A stretch of DNA of 63,275 nt from Verrucomicrobia bacterium UBA6775. Lineage in GTDB: Bacteria; Verrucomicrobiota; Verrucomicrobiia; Limisphaerales; UBA1096. The translations under genes were made by a program, and so were the position numbers. How positions within the stretch are numbered: the stretch's first letter is position 1; each line of letters begins with the position of its first letter. Positions 28,253 to 37,876 of the stretch are shown piece after piece. The stretch spans positions 1 to 63,275 of the forward strand of contig DKGH01000158.1 in NCBI GenBank assembly GCA_002453165.1. Direction: 5' to 3'. A model generated the notes under the pieces. It did no database searches. It saw nothing but the letters and a program-made list of their open reading frames with translations, and was not told where the DNA came from.

Positions 28253-29710
28253 ATGAACTCACGAACTCGGACATTCGCGCTGGGCTGCCTAATGGCTGCC
28301 CTGGCTGTTGGCCATGCCCCGCAGGCGGTCGCTGCAAAAAAGAAATCCCCCAACGTGGTCGTCATCTTCATGGACGACATGGCCTACGCGGACATCGGGC
28401 CGTTCGGTGCCAAGGCCTATCCAACGCCGCACCTCGATCGTATGGCCAAGGAGGGGCGCAAATTCACCGACTTTTACGTAACGCAGGCGGTGTGCAGTGC
28501 CTCGCGAGCGGGGTTGTTGACCGGCTGTTACAACGTGCGCGTCGGAATTTTCGGGGCGCTTGGTCCGAAGTCCAACAACGGCCTGCACGCCAATGAGGTG
28601 ACGCTGGCCGAGCTTTGCAAGCAAAAGGGGTACGCCACCGCGATCTACGGCAAATGGCACCTTGGCCACCACAAACAATTCCTGCCGATGCAGCACGGGT
28701 TCGACGATTACTTTGGGCTGCCGTACTCGAACGACATGTGGCCGTACCATCCGGGCGTGCTGCACCTGCCGATGAAGGAACGACTCAAGCGCTGGCCGCA
28801 CCTGCCTTTGATCGACAAGAACGAGATCATCAACACACAGGTCTCCGGCAAGGATCAGGAACTGCTCACGACGCAGTACACGGAACGCGCAGTGGAGTTC
28901 ATCGAGAAGAACAGGGACAATCCGTTTTTTCTCTACGTGCCGCATTCGATGGTTCATGTGCCGCTGTTTGTCTCGGATAAGTTCAAGGGCAAAAGCGGCG
29001 CCGGTCTGTTTGGTGACGTGATGATGGAGGTGGACTGGAGCGTCGGGCAGATACTCGAGACACTCCGCAAGCACAAGCTCGACAAGGACACGCTGGTCGT
29101 CTTCACCTCAGACAACGGCCCATGGCTCAGCTACGGCGATCATGCCGGTTCCTCCGGTCCGTTGCGCGAGGGCAAGGGCACGATGTTCGACGGAGGCTGC
29201 CGCGAAAGCACGCTCATGTGGTGGCCCGGCACCGTCCCGGCTGGGAGCGTCTGCAGCACCCCGGCGATGACCATCGACATTCTGCCGACGGTGGCCGAGT
29301 TGATCGGGGCCAAGCTGCCCGCTCACAAGATCGACGGCAAAAGCATCGTCAACCTCGTCACTGGCAAAAACGACAAGAGCCCGCAGGAGGCGTACTATTT
29401 TTATTACGGCCAGCAGTTGCAGGCGATCCGCATGGGCAAGTGGAAGCTCCACTTCCCGCACGGCTACCGCACGATGGCCGGGCGGCCGGGCGGCACTGGT
29501 GGCATCCCGACCAAGTACAGCCAGGCCAAGATTGGTCTTTCGCTGTTCAATCTCGAGGAAGACATCGGTGAGTCGACCGACGTGAAGGCCAAGCACCCGA
29601 AGGTGGTCGCCAAAATGCAGGCGCTTGGCCAAGCGATGCGGAAGGAACTGGGTGATCAGGGCAAAAAAGGCAGCGGCCAGCGCGAGGCAGGCCGCTTGGC
29701 CAAGCGATAA
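28253..29710 (+). CDS. sulfatase (arylsulfatase A-like), C-x-A-x-R variant
   Basis: [21 protein letters not shown] and [15 protein letters not shown]. Collinear with the 11284 product ([25 protein letters not shown]). ATG 28253 gives a signal peptide. Confidence 0.9.
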   Translation: MNSRTRTFALGCLMAALAVGHAPQAVAAKKKSPNVVVIFMDDMAYADIGPFGAKAYPTPHLDRMAKEGRKFTDFYVTQAVCSASRAGLLTGCYNVRVGIFGALGPKSNNGLHANEVTLAELCKQKGYATAIYGKWHLGHHKQFLPMQHGFDDYFGLPYSNDMWPYHPGVLHLPMKERLKRWPHLPLIDKNEIINTQVSGKDQELLTTQYTERAVEFIEKNRDNPFFLYVPHSMVHVPLFVSDKFKGKSGAGLFGDVMMEVDWSVGQILETLRKHKLDKDTLVVFTSDNGPWLSYGDHAGSSGPLREGKGTMFDGGCRESTLMWWPGTVPAGSVCSTPAMTIDILPTVAELIGAKLPAHKIDGKSIVNLVTGKNDKSPQEAYYFYYGQQLQAIRMGKWKLHFPHGYRTMAGRPGGTGGIPTKYSQAKIGLSLFNLEEDIGESTDVKAKHPKVVAKMQALGQAMRKELGDQGKKGSGQREAGRLAKR

Positions 29711-29716
29711 TCGCCC

Positions 29717-30562
29717 GTGAGCGATCCCGCCCCGATCCCGTTCGGAGCCCGGTTTTGGCGGCTCTGGAAACCTCTCTGGAAACACCGCGAAGCGGTGAAC
29801 GGATTGCTCTATCCGTTCCTGCTGATGTTCACGGTGCTGGTGCTCATAAGCCCGTACATGGTGTTCAACCGGATGGCGGCCTGGGCGGATCACACGCCGC
29901 TCAGCGCGGAGACGGTGGCCCAGCGGGACACGCTGAAAGTCTCGCAACAGGACGAGCGCACGGCGTGGGATCCCAAGTCACTCTTCAAGGACAGCGAAGG
30001 CCGGTATCTCGACTACAAAATCCCGGTGGTCGACTGGTCGATCTGGTTTTACCTGTCGCTCTTCGCCTATTACCTCGGGTTTTATGCGGCGCGAAAAAAT
30101 GACCGAGGCCGGGCGGAGTCGTTGGTGATGGCGCAGGGCTGGGTGATCTCCAGTTGGATCGCCTTTCCGTTCTTTTTCTTTTTACCGGCGGACATCGACC
30201 TACGATGGCAGTTGAACCTCGAGCAGATGACGCCGCTTTACCAGTTCCTGTTCAAGGCGTTCCATGCGCTGGACAAGCCGTTCAATGCCTGGCCGTGTCT
30301 GCACATAGCCCAGAGTTTCATCATTGCCACCGGCGTGGCGCGGTGGTGGATGCAGCGTAAATGGACGTTGGCCGTGTGGCTGCTCTGGCCGGCTTGGGCT
30401 GGACTTTGGGTGAGCGTGCTCACCACCAAGCAGCATTTCATCTGGGACACCATCATCGGTACGCTGCTGGGCGTGGGGGTCTGGTTTTTCGTCATGCGGC
30501 CCGGTTTTTGGCATCTCGATGCCACACCGGATGAGGCGATTCCAGTGAGGCAATTAGGCTAA
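29717..30562 (+). CDS. PAP2-superfamily integral membrane protein (AUR1/sphingomyelin-synthase-like H...H..D motifs)
   Basis: Multiple TM segments. NAWPCLHIAQS (PS-x-H-like) and TKQHFIWDTIIG (H-x3-D). GTG start. Confidence 0.55.
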   Translation: MSDPAPIPFGARFWRLWKPLWKHREAVNGLLYPFLLMFTVLVLISPYMVFNRMAAWADHTPLSAETVAQRDTLKVSQQDERTAWDPKSLFKDSEGRYLDYKIPVVDWSIWFYLSLFAYYLGFYAARKNDRGRAESLVMAQGWVISSWIAFPFFFFLPADIDLRWQLNLEQMTPLYQFLFKAFHALDKPFNAWPCLHIAQSFIIATGVARWWMQRKWTLAVWLLWPAWAGLWVSVLTTKQHFIWDTIIGTLLGVGVWFFVMRPGFWHLDATPDEAIPVRQLG

Positions 30563-30738
30563 AAAAAGCGGCCGCCGGCAAGGGGATGGGTGTGGAGGTT
30601 GCCGACGACCTACGACCTGTAGCTGGGATGGGAGGGGGACGCCACAGGTCGCTGAGCGCCAAAAGTAACCCGATTTTAAATGAAAGCAACCCCTGAAATT
30701 TAAAATGAATCGAGGTTTTATGATCAAAAAATAACCAA

Positions 30739-31464
30739 TTACACGGCTGGTTCCGGCTCGGTTGTGACCGGTTTTCCCTCAAAATGGCCCAACATTCCCT
30801 CGAAAATCCTCAGGCCATCGTCCTCGTCGAGGATGCTTTCGCTGGCCCGTTCCGGGTGGGGCATCATGCCGCAGACGTTTCGGGCCTCGTTGCAAATCCC
30901 GGCGATGTTGAGCAGGGACCCGTTGGGGTTGGCTTCCTCCGTTGGCTCTCCGTCAGCCGTCACGTACTGGAATAGAATTTGGTTGTTGGACTGGAGCCTG
31001 GCCAGTGACTCGTCGTTCGCGAAGTAGCAGCCTTCCCCGTGGGCGATGGGCACGCGGATCACGCTGCCGGGCTCGATCTCCCGCGTGAAGGGGGAATCTT
31101 GAGTGGGGACTTTCAAGTAAACCTGCTCGCAACGAAACTGCAGTGAGCGGTTGCGAACAAGCGCACCCGGCAGCAGACCGGTTTCGCAGAGGATCTGGAA
31201 GCCGTTGCAAATTCCGATGACCAGCCCGCCATCGTTGGCAAATCGCTTCACGGCGTTCATGACCGGGCTAAACTGGGCGATGGATCCGGTGCGGAGGTAG
31301 TCGCCGTAGCTGAATCCCCCGGGTACGACCACGGCATCGGTGTTCCCGAGTGACTCCTCCTTGTGCCAGAGATAGTCGGCCTGTTGCCCGAGCACATTGC
31401 CCAGCACGTGGACGCAGTCCTGATCGCAGTTGGAGCCGGGAAACTGAAGTACGGCGAAGCGCAT
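30739..31464 (-). CDS. purQ: phosphoribosylformylglycinamidine synthase, glutaminase subunit
   Basis: [31 protein letters not shown] and MMPHPER. Confidence 0.93.
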   Translation of the reverse strand: MRFAVLQFPGSNCDQDCVHVLGNVLGQQADYLWHKEESLGNTDAVVVPGGFSYGDYLRTGSIAQFSPVMNAVKRFANDGGLVIGICNGFQILCETGLLPGALVRNRSLQFRCEQVYLKVPTQDSPFTREIEPGSVIRVPIAHGEGCYFANDESLARLQSNNQILFQYVTADGEPTEEANPNGSLLNIAGICNEARNVCGMMPHPERASESILDEDDGLRIFEGMLGHFEGKPVTTEPEPAV

Positions 31465-31468
31465 CGGG

Positions 31469-31708
31469 TTACTCGATGGTGAAGTGGTAATCCTCGATCA
31501 CCGGGTTGCTCAGCAGCTTGTGGCAGGCCTCATCGATCTTCGGCCGCCACGCCTCGGTGTCGTCGCCTTCAAGCTCGATCTCGAGATATTTGCCGACGTG
31601 AACATCGTTCACGCCTTCGTAGCCCATGTGCTCCAGCGCGGTCTGCACCGTTTTTCCCTGTGGATCGAGCACTGCCTTTTTTGGGGTGATGACAATCTTG
31701 GCTTTCAT
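31469..31708 (-). CDS. purS: phosphoribosylformylglycinamidine synthase subunit PurS
   Basis: 79 aa: [33 protein letters not shown]...[15 protein letters not shown] 31708 is preferred. The longer ORF-track start (31861) runs through the palindromic repeat and overlaps natB. Confidence 0.88.
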   Translation of the reverse strand: MKAKIVITPKKAVLDPQGKTVQTALEHMGYEGVNDVHVGKYLEIELEGDDTEAWRPKIDEACHKLLSNPVIEDYHFTIE

Positions 31709-31789
31709 TCCCGTGCGCGCGCCGTGCGCGGCGCGGAGGGCATTGTCAGGCCAAGCGCGATGACGAACCAGTTTATTTTGTTCACAGCC

Positions 31790-31810
31790 GGCCAAGCGCT
31801 TGGCCAAGCG
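31790..31810. repeat. iterated palindrome, double unit
   Basis: ggccaagcgcttggccaagcg lies between the natB-like stop (31816) and the purS start (31708). A half-site, aggccaagcgcg, lies at 31749-31759. Confidence 0.9.
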
Positions 31811-31815
31811 GCGGG

Positions 31816-33027
31816 TTACATGCGGAAAAGCACCGTTTCCCGGTTGAACCACTTGGTGCAAAAAAACAGCAACAATCCAGCGATGAGTGTGCTGGAGCCA
31901 AAAATGGCCAGTAGCATGGTGTAATCCATGGTGCCCTTCACCAACTCCTTCATCGCGATCGAGATGTTGGTGATCGGTATCGAGGCCCAGAACCAGTTCA
32001 ACTCCACCCCGGGCAGCATCGCGAGCACGGCCGGGACGATCATCACGATGCCGAACGGTGAAATGAGCGAGGAAGCCTCGGGGGAATTTCTCGCGTAGAT
32101 GGACACGCTGAGCAGCAGCGAGGCAAACATCGCCGCCACCGGAACCAGCATCAGCGCCAGCAGAGTCAGGTCAAGCCAGCCGATGGAGCCGATCATCGTA
32201 CCAAGCGTGCCGCGGAGTTGCCCAGCCTTGATGGCGATCCATGTCCCAAGGCTCGCGATGTTGAGCAGCACGGCAATGATGCCGCCGCTGAATACGGCGA
32301 GAAACTTGCCGAGCACGATCTGGTGACGAGGGATCGGCGCCAGCAACAGGGTCTCCAGTGTGCCGCGCTCCTTTTCGCCGGCGCCAAGATGGATGGCCGG
32401 ATAGACTACGCCCATGAAACAGAATGCGATGAAAAAGTAAGGGAGCATCCCGCCAACGTTGTCGCCAAGAACTTCGCGGATATCGCCGGTTCCCTTTTCC
32501 GCGAGGTGTACCGGCTCAAGCACCGCCCGGCGTTTGCGGCTGGAGGTCACGCCCAACTCGATCAGCCGCGCCTTGGTCAGTTCCTCGTTGTACTCATCGA
32601 CCACGTCTTCGACGCGGCTCTCCACCCTGCTGCCGGACGAGGCGTTGTCGTAGTGTAGCTCGACGGTCGCCTGCGATTTTTCCTCGAGCCGAGACGCTGC
32701 CTTTTCCGGGATCACGATCCCGAAATCGATTTCATCCGAGCGAATGGCGGCGACCAGTTCTTCCTGCGACTCGATGGTAGTCTTTTTGAACCGCTTGGTT
32801 TCAGCAAAGGCCTTGGCCAGGTCGGGGGCGTGTTCCTCCCCGAAAATCACGTACTCCAGCACCTCGGTCTCCGCCTCCTTTTGTTGTTCCATCACGAAGC
32901 TGATCAGTGAGTTTAGCAGCAGCGGCACGACAAGAATCGGCAGCACGATCATTAGCAGGAGCGTTTTTCGGTCGCGGAGAATATCCCGCATCTCCTTAAA
33001 AAAAACCGTGGTCACGCCTCCCCTCAT
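31816..33027 (-). CDS. ABC-2 type transporter permease (NatB-like)
   Basis: MRGGVTTVFFKEMRDILRDRKTLLLMIVLPIL, a large extracytoplasmic loop, then about 5 TM segments. The ATG overlaps the natA-like stop (ATGA at 33024-33027). Confidence 0.8.
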   Translation of the reverse strand: MRGGVTTVFFKEMRDILRDRKTLLLMIVLPILVVPLLLNSLISFVMEQQKEAETEVLEYVIFGEEHAPDLAKAFAETKRFKKTTIESQEELVAAIRSDEIDFGIVIPEKAASRLEEKSQATVELHYDNASSGSRVESRVEDVVDEYNEELTKARLIELGVTSSRKRRAVLEPVHLAEKGTGDIREVLGDNVGGMLPYFFIAFCFMGVVYPAIHLGAGEKERGTLETLLLAPIPRHQIVLGKFLAVFSGGIIAVLLNIASLGTWIAIKAGQLRGTLGTMIGSIGWLDLTLLALMLVPVAAMFASLLLSVSIYARNSPEASSLISPFGIVMIVPAVLAMLPGVELNWFWASIPITNISIAMKELVKGTMDYTMLLAIFGSSTLIAGLLLFFCTKWFNRETVLFRM

Positions 33028-33854
33028 GCCGCCACCTCCCCCGGTTCGGCCTTGATTATATTTAGGAATGCCTTGTCCAAAAACGATTCGCCGGTCTGCT
33101 GACGCATCCCGGCGGCATCCCCCTCGAAGCACAGTCGGCCGGCGTGCAGGATGGCTACGCGATCACAGAGCTGGTCGACCTCGTCCATGTGGTGCGTCGA
33201 GAACAACACTGTCTTGTTGCGTTCGCGGCACATCTCCACGACGGCGAGCACCGACTCGGCCGCGGCGACATCCAGCCCGGTGGTCAGCTCGTCGAACAAC
33301 AGAATATCCGGATCGTGAATGAGCGCCCGGGCGATCGACACCTTCTGCCGCATCCCGGAGGAGAACGTCTCGTTGCGTCGATCCAAAAACGCCTCCATGT
33401 CGAGCGTGGCCGACAACTCGTCGATGCGCTCCCGCAGTGCCGCCGCCTGCATGCCGTGCAGGCGGCCGTAGTACAGGAGCATTTCGCGCGCGGTGAGCCT
33501 CCCGTAAAGCCCGGTGTTGCCGGAGACAAACCCGATGCGCCGCCGGATTTCGAGCGGGTTTTTCGTGAGATCCTCCCCGTCGCAAAGCACGACGCCTGAG
33601 CTTGGCTTCAGCGAGGTGGACAGGATTCGCAGAAGGGTGGTTTTGCCCGCGCCGTTTTGGCCAAGCAGGCCGAGCACTCCACCGCTGGGAATCTCGAGGT
33701 CGATGCCGTCCAGTGCATAAAACGTCCTTCCCCTCTCCCTTGGGTCGATCGCTCCTGTGGTGGTTTTCCTCCGCTTGGCCAAGCGGAAGGTCTTGGTGAT
33801 GGCTGATAACTGCAGCACGGTGGTTATGAAATCATGAATGATGTCGCAGGACAA
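33024..33854 (-). CDS. ABC transporter ATP-binding protein (NatA-like)
   Basis: Walker A GQNGAGKTT, signature FSSGMRQKVSIARAL and Walker B ILLFDELTTGLD. An alternative GTG start at 33818 is plausible. Confidence 0.88.
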   Translation of the reverse strand: MSCDIIHDFITTVLQLSAITKTFRLAKRRKTTTGAIDPRERGRTFYALDGIDLEIPSGGVLGLLGQNGAGKTTLLRILSTSLKPSSGVVLCDGEDLTKNPLEIRRRIGFVSGNTGLYGRLTAREMLLYYGRLHGMQAAALRERIDELSATLDMEAFLDRRNETFSSGMRQKVSIARALIHDPDILLFDELTTGLDVAAAESVLAVVEMCRERNKTVLFSTHHMDEVDQLCDRVAILHAGRLCFEGDAAGMRQQTGESFLDKAFLNIIKAEPGEVAA

Positions 33855-33899
33855 TCAATGATCATTGCGCTTGGCTTCATTCTTGGCCAAGCTCGGCCC

Positions 33900-35294
33900 G
33901 TGAAAATCTCATTCCACGGCGCGGTTCGTACCACGACTGGCTCGCAACATTTGCTTGAGGTCAACGGCAAGCGGCTACTGCTGGACTGCGGCCTGTATCA
34001 GGGCAAACGGCAGGAGTCGATCGAGCGCAACCAGAATTTTCCGTTCGAACCCGCCTCGGTGGATGCGGTGATCCTGAGCCACGCGCACATCGATCACATC
34101 GGGAATCTGCCCAACCTGTACAAGCAGGGGTTCGAGGGCAACGTCTACTGCACGTTCGCCACGCGCGATCTGGCGGCGATCATGCTGGAGGACTCGGCGG
34201 AGATTCAGGTGGCGGACGCGGCCTACGTTTCAAAGAAGCACAAGAAAAAGGGGCTGCCACCAGTCGAGCCGCTTTATACCCCGGAGGACGCGGAGCGCGC
34301 GGTGCGGCAGTTTGTCGCGCTGGGCTACGATCGACCGATCCCGGTGGCCGACGGCGTGACGCTGACCTTCCGCGATGCCGGCCACATCCTCGGCTCGGCA
34401 CAGGTGATCCTCGACATCGACGAGGACGGCAACAAGCGGCGGCTGCTTTTCAGCGGCGACATCGGCCGTGGCGACCACGCGATCCTGCGAGACCCGCAGC
34501 CGGTGGAGGACGTCGATGTGCTGCTGGTCGAGAGTACCTACGGCAATCGCGATCACACGGCGCAGTCCGGCTTGTCGGACGAAATCGAGGGGCTCCTTTC
34601 CGAGACGCTGAACAACGGCGGCAAGGTGATCATTCCGGCGTTTTCCGTCGGCAGGACGCAGTTGCTCGTCTACACGCTGCACCAACTCGTTGACGCCGGG
34701 CGGCTGCCGGATTTTCCGATCTTCGTCGACAGCCCGCTCAGCGTGAACGCCACCGAGGTGTTCCGGCTGCACCCGGAATGTTTCAACCGCGACATCTACA
34801 CTTTTCTGCGGGAGAAGGAGAACCCGTTTGGCATGGACAACCTGACGTACATCCGCAAGGCGTCGGAGTCGATCAAGCTCAACACCCTCGAGGGGCCGGC
34901 GATCATCATCAGCTCAAGCGGCATGTGCGAGGCCGGGCGCATCCGGCATCACCTGAAGAACAACATCAGCGACCCGAATGACCTGATTTTGTTCGTAGGC
35001 TACTGCGCCTACAACACGCTGGGGGCGGTGATCCGGGCCGGGATCGATCCGGTTTATATTTTCGGCGAACCGCATGAGGTGAAGGCCAGGGTTGCCAGCT
35101 TCGATGGCTTTTCCGGGCACGCGGACCGGAAGGAACTCGGTCGCTACGTCGAGTCGTTGACGGGGGACATCACGAACATCTACGTCGTCCACGGCGAGGA
35201 GGAATCCAGCCTGACGTTCGCCGAGCAACTGCGCAGCCTCAAGCCGGGCGCGGACGTGGTCGTCCCCGAGTTGAACGAGACGTTCGAGGTTTGA
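33900..35294 (+). CDS. MBL-fold metallo-hydrolase, beta-CASP (RNA-metabolising) family
   Basis: VKISFHGAVRTTTGSQHLLE, ILSHAHIDHIGNLP, then beta-CASP and C-terminal RNA-specificity-like regions. GTG 33900 matches family N-termini better than ATG 33834 or 33858. Confidence 0.85.
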   Translation: MKISFHGAVRTTTGSQHLLEVNGKRLLLDCGLYQGKRQESIERNQNFPFEPASVDAVILSHAHIDHIGNLPNLYKQGFEGNVYCTFATRDLAAIMLEDSAEIQVADAAYVSKKHKKKGLPPVEPLYTPEDAERAVRQFVALGYDRPIPVADGVTLTFRDAGHILGSAQVILDIDEDGNKRRLLFSGDIGRGDHAILRDPQPVEDVDVLLVESTYGNRDHTAQSGLSDEIEGLLSETLNNGGKVIIPAFSVGRTQLLVYTLHQLVDAGRLPDFPIFVDSPLSVNATEVFRLHPECFNRDIYTFLREKENPFGMDNLTYIRKASESIKLNTLEGPAIIISSSGMCEAGRIRHHLKNNISDPNDLILFVGYCAYNTLGAVIRAGIDPVYIFGEPHEVKARVASFDGFSGHADRKELGRYVESLTGDITNIYVVHGEEESSLTFAEQLRSLKPGADVVVPELNETFEV

Positions 35295-35323
35295 TAGAGC
35301 CGCTTGGCCAACCGCGAAAGTGG

Positions 35324-36760
35324 TCAGGCGGCTGCGATACCGATCGAGCGTCGCTTGTAGAGGAACTCGAACATGTTGCCCTCGTGCGGCTGATCCCATG
35401 AGATTTTCATCGTGGAGATCGGCCCGAGGTTTAGTCGATCGATCATCGGTGATGCTAGTAGATCTTCATGGAACGCCTTGTCGCCGGTGATCGCGGTGAC
35501 AACCAGCGACTCGCCCATCTGGTTGAGCATTTCTGCCTGAGGCACCTCTACCACGCTGGCGTAAGGGCAAAGAAATTCGCGGTTGGACAGGGGGTGGTCG
35601 AACGACTCGCAGTAAACGATCGTCGGTCGCAGGTAGGTGCCGCCGCCTGTGACGACCTTGCGGTCGCCGTCGCGATACTTCGCGGTCATCTCCTCGCAGC
35701 CCGGTTCGGAGAGGTCGGCGTCGATGGCACCATCGATCCACTCACCCATCTTAGGGTTGGCAAAGCCGGAAAGTTTAGCTTCAGGATCGTCCACCGTTGT
35801 CGGCTTGATCGGGCCCAGTTTTTGAGCCAATGCATCGGCAATCTCGCGGCCGTACTTGGGCACCACCACTGCTGAGGCATTCACGCAGGAGCGCCCGCCG
35901 TTGTCGGCGATCGAGCCGGCGATAAGATCAATGTGGTCGCGCCAGTTCTCAATTTCGTCGTCTCCGATGAGAATCTTGCTCCAGCCTGGGCCGTGAATCT
36001 GGATGGCCGGATTGTTAGCGTACTGGTCGGTTGTGCTCTTGTCTCCAAAGATCAGTGCACGCCCGCAACGGTTCAAAATATCTGCTGCGCCTTCGTAGTC
36101 TGTCGGGTAAAAACCAAATGCTTCCCTCGGACATCCTGCCTGTATGAACGACTGGATCAGGCGATACGGTGTCCACGGCTCTTCCCGACCGGGCTTCATC
36201 ACGATCGGTGTCTTGAGGGCGATAGCCGGTAGCCACAGCGAGTTCACCGCTGGTGAGTTGCTGGGCATGACAAGGCCGAGCGCATTGGAGGTGGGGTAAA
36301 AACAAACCTGCGTCCCGAACTGCTCGCCCACGCCGGCATCGAGGATGGAAGGATCGATCCCGCGGGTAAGGCCGTTGAGCACCACCTGCATGTTAGTCAG
36401 AGCGTAATGGATCTTGGCCATGTTGCGCTGAACCATCACGTGCGGCAGGCCGCTAGTGGAGGACAGGGTCTCGACGTATTGCGTAGGCGATTGCATTTCG
36501 CCCTCGACCCCGATCTCTACTTGACCATTGAGAAAAATCTCGCCGGCTTTTGCCCCGATCTCGATTAGTTCCGTGGTGGAAAAAGCGCGCAAGGCTGCTC
36601 GGGCTAAATCGATGCGTTGCAGGTCGCGGCGCACCACGCCGGCGTTCACCTGACTGACGGTGGCCTTGGTGGCGCCGTCACGATAGTCGGTCACCTCTAT
36701 CTTATTGAGGCTGACATACGGTTCGCCCAGACGCAGGCAGGGGATGTGCGGGACAGCCAT
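35324..36760 (-). CDS. aldehyde dehydrogenase superfamily protein (divergent; possibly acyl-CoA/acyl-thioester reductase-like)
   Basis: About 479 aa. Candidate catalytic Cys context NGGRSCVNASAVVVP, plus VMKPGREEPWTP and IFGDKST blocks. ATG 36760 lies 1 nt after the upstream stop, and the ORF-track extension to 36877 overlaps that gene. Confidence 0.6.
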   Translation of the reverse strand: MAVPHIPCLRLGEPYVSLNKIEVTDYRDGATKATVSQVNAGVVRRDLQRIDLARAALRAFSTTELIEIGAKAGEIFLNGQVEIGVEGEMQSPTQYVETLSSTSGLPHVMVQRNMAKIHYALTNMQVVLNGLTRGIDPSILDAGVGEQFGTQVCFYPTSNALGLVMPSNSPAVNSLWLPAIALKTPIVMKPGREEPWTPYRLIQSFIQAGCPREAFGFYPTDYEGAADILNRCGRALIFGDKSTTDQYANNPAIQIHGPGWSKILIGDDEIENWRDHIDLIAGSIADNGGRSCVNASAVVVPKYGREIADALAQKLGPIKPTTVDDPEAKLSGFANPKMGEWIDGAIDADLSEPGCEEMTAKYRDGDRKVVTGGGTYLRPTIVYCESFDHPLSNREFLCPYASVVEVPQAEMLNQMGESLVVTAITGDKAFHEDLLASPMIDRLNLGPISTMKISWDQPHEGNMFEFLYKRRSIGIAAA

Positions 36761-36761
36761 C

Positions 36762-37841
36762 TTAGTAGACTCCCTCGACGATCTTTTTCTCCATCGCGCC
36801 GAACGGGCGCACTTCGGCCACACCGTCCCAAGGGCATTCCTCCCAAGGCGAGCGGCGGATTGCCTCGTCGCGCTCAAGGAAGCGTGGCATGAAAAACTCC
36901 TTGGTCAATGTAGTGAGTTCCACCCGTCCCCATGCGTCGTAGTCGACGAGGTTTTCGGTCTGCTTCGGATCGACCACGCGCAACACTGCGCGCGGCTGGG
37001 GTGCGTGGTACGTGATTGAGTAATCGTTCTCCGGGCCAAACGGACGGTGACGGGCCAGGCCCATCAACGTGTTGCCGTAGGTCGGCACGAAGCCGATCTG
37101 GTTTTCGCAAATCTCTTCAACGAGGAAGCGAGTGTATTGTTGATCCATCGTCGTGCCTCCGCAGAATACACCCTTGATGCCGGCCTTGATCAGATCCTTG
37201 CGCTCGGCCATCGCCTCGAGCAGCTTTGGTGTGGTGAACAAAGCGCTGACCTTGCGGTTTTTCAGGATGGTGATCGCTTGATCGATGACGTGATCCATGT
37301 AGGCGCGTGCTTGGTCAAATTGCTTATTAGAGATGAGTCGCTTCACCCATCGGGGGTCGAGGTCGACGAAGTAAGTTGAGCAGCCGCGGACGTTTGCTAG
37401 GTGCTCGATCGACAATCTCAGCCGGCGTGGGCCTGTCGGGCCAACCATCATCCAATAGTGGTCACGTGGAAAGTGGTCGTCATTGAGCGTCTCGGAAAAC
37501 TCGCTATAATCGATCTTGTAATCCTCCCAGCCGATGCGTTGCTTGGGCATGCCGGTGGTGCCGCCGGTCTCGAAGATGCTAAACGGCCGACCATCGTAAG
37601 CCTTGGGACGCCAAACCTCGTTTGGCATGTCGCGCAGCCACTCGTCCTGAAAGTGTGGAAACTTCGTGATGATGTCATCGAAGCATGAGATCTCCTCGGC
37701 CGGGTTCCAGCCGGCTTCCTTAGCCCAATCAAGCCAGAAAGGCGAGCCGGACTCGGGCGAGAAATGCCACTTCACAATTTCTACTGCATGCGCATCAAGC
37801 TGCACCTTGGCATCCTGAACATTTTGATCCAAGCTAGACAT
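36762..37841 (-). CDS. PaaK/F390-synthetase-like adenylate-forming enzyme (ANL superfamily), short form
   Basis: ISCFDDIITKFPHFQDEWLRD parallels the PaaK FPFTxKxDLRD block. FETGGTTGMPK parallels the SSGTTGKP phosphate loop. At 359 aa it is shorter than canonical PaaK. Confidence 0.6.
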   Translation of the reverse strand: MSSLDQNVQDAKVQLDAHAVEIVKWHFSPESGSPFWLDWAKEAGWNPAEEISCFDDIITKFPHFQDEWLRDMPNEVWRPKAYDGRPFSIFETGGTTGMPKQRIGWEDYKIDYSEFSETLNDDHFPRDHYWMMVGPTGPRRLRLSIEHLANVRGCSTYFVDLDPRWVKRLISNKQFDQARAYMDHVIDQAITILKNRKVSALFTTPKLLEAMAERKDLIKAGIKGVFCGGTTMDQQYTRFLVEEICENQIGFVPTYGNTLMGLARHRPFGPENDYSITYHAPQPRAVLRVVDPKQTENLVDYDAWGRVELTTLTKEFFMPRFLERDEAIRRSPWEECPWDGVAEVRPFGAMEKKIVEGVY

Positions 37842-37876
37842 TAATTCTGTTTTTAAAAAAAAGGCTCACCTGAAGT

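Noticed and set aside
30613-30651. Inverted repeat cgacctgt...acaggtcg in the PAP2/purQ convergent spacer as a terminator
   Set aside because: The stem is 8 bp with a 23-nt loop and no U-tract on either strand. I cannot distinguish it from chance in GC-rich DNA.
31709-31815. Possible purine/ZTP-type riboswitch upstream of purS-purQ
   Set aside because: I could not recognise the conserved ZTP (pfl) or purine riboswitch core sequences. The GC-rich segment is dominated by the palindromic repeat.
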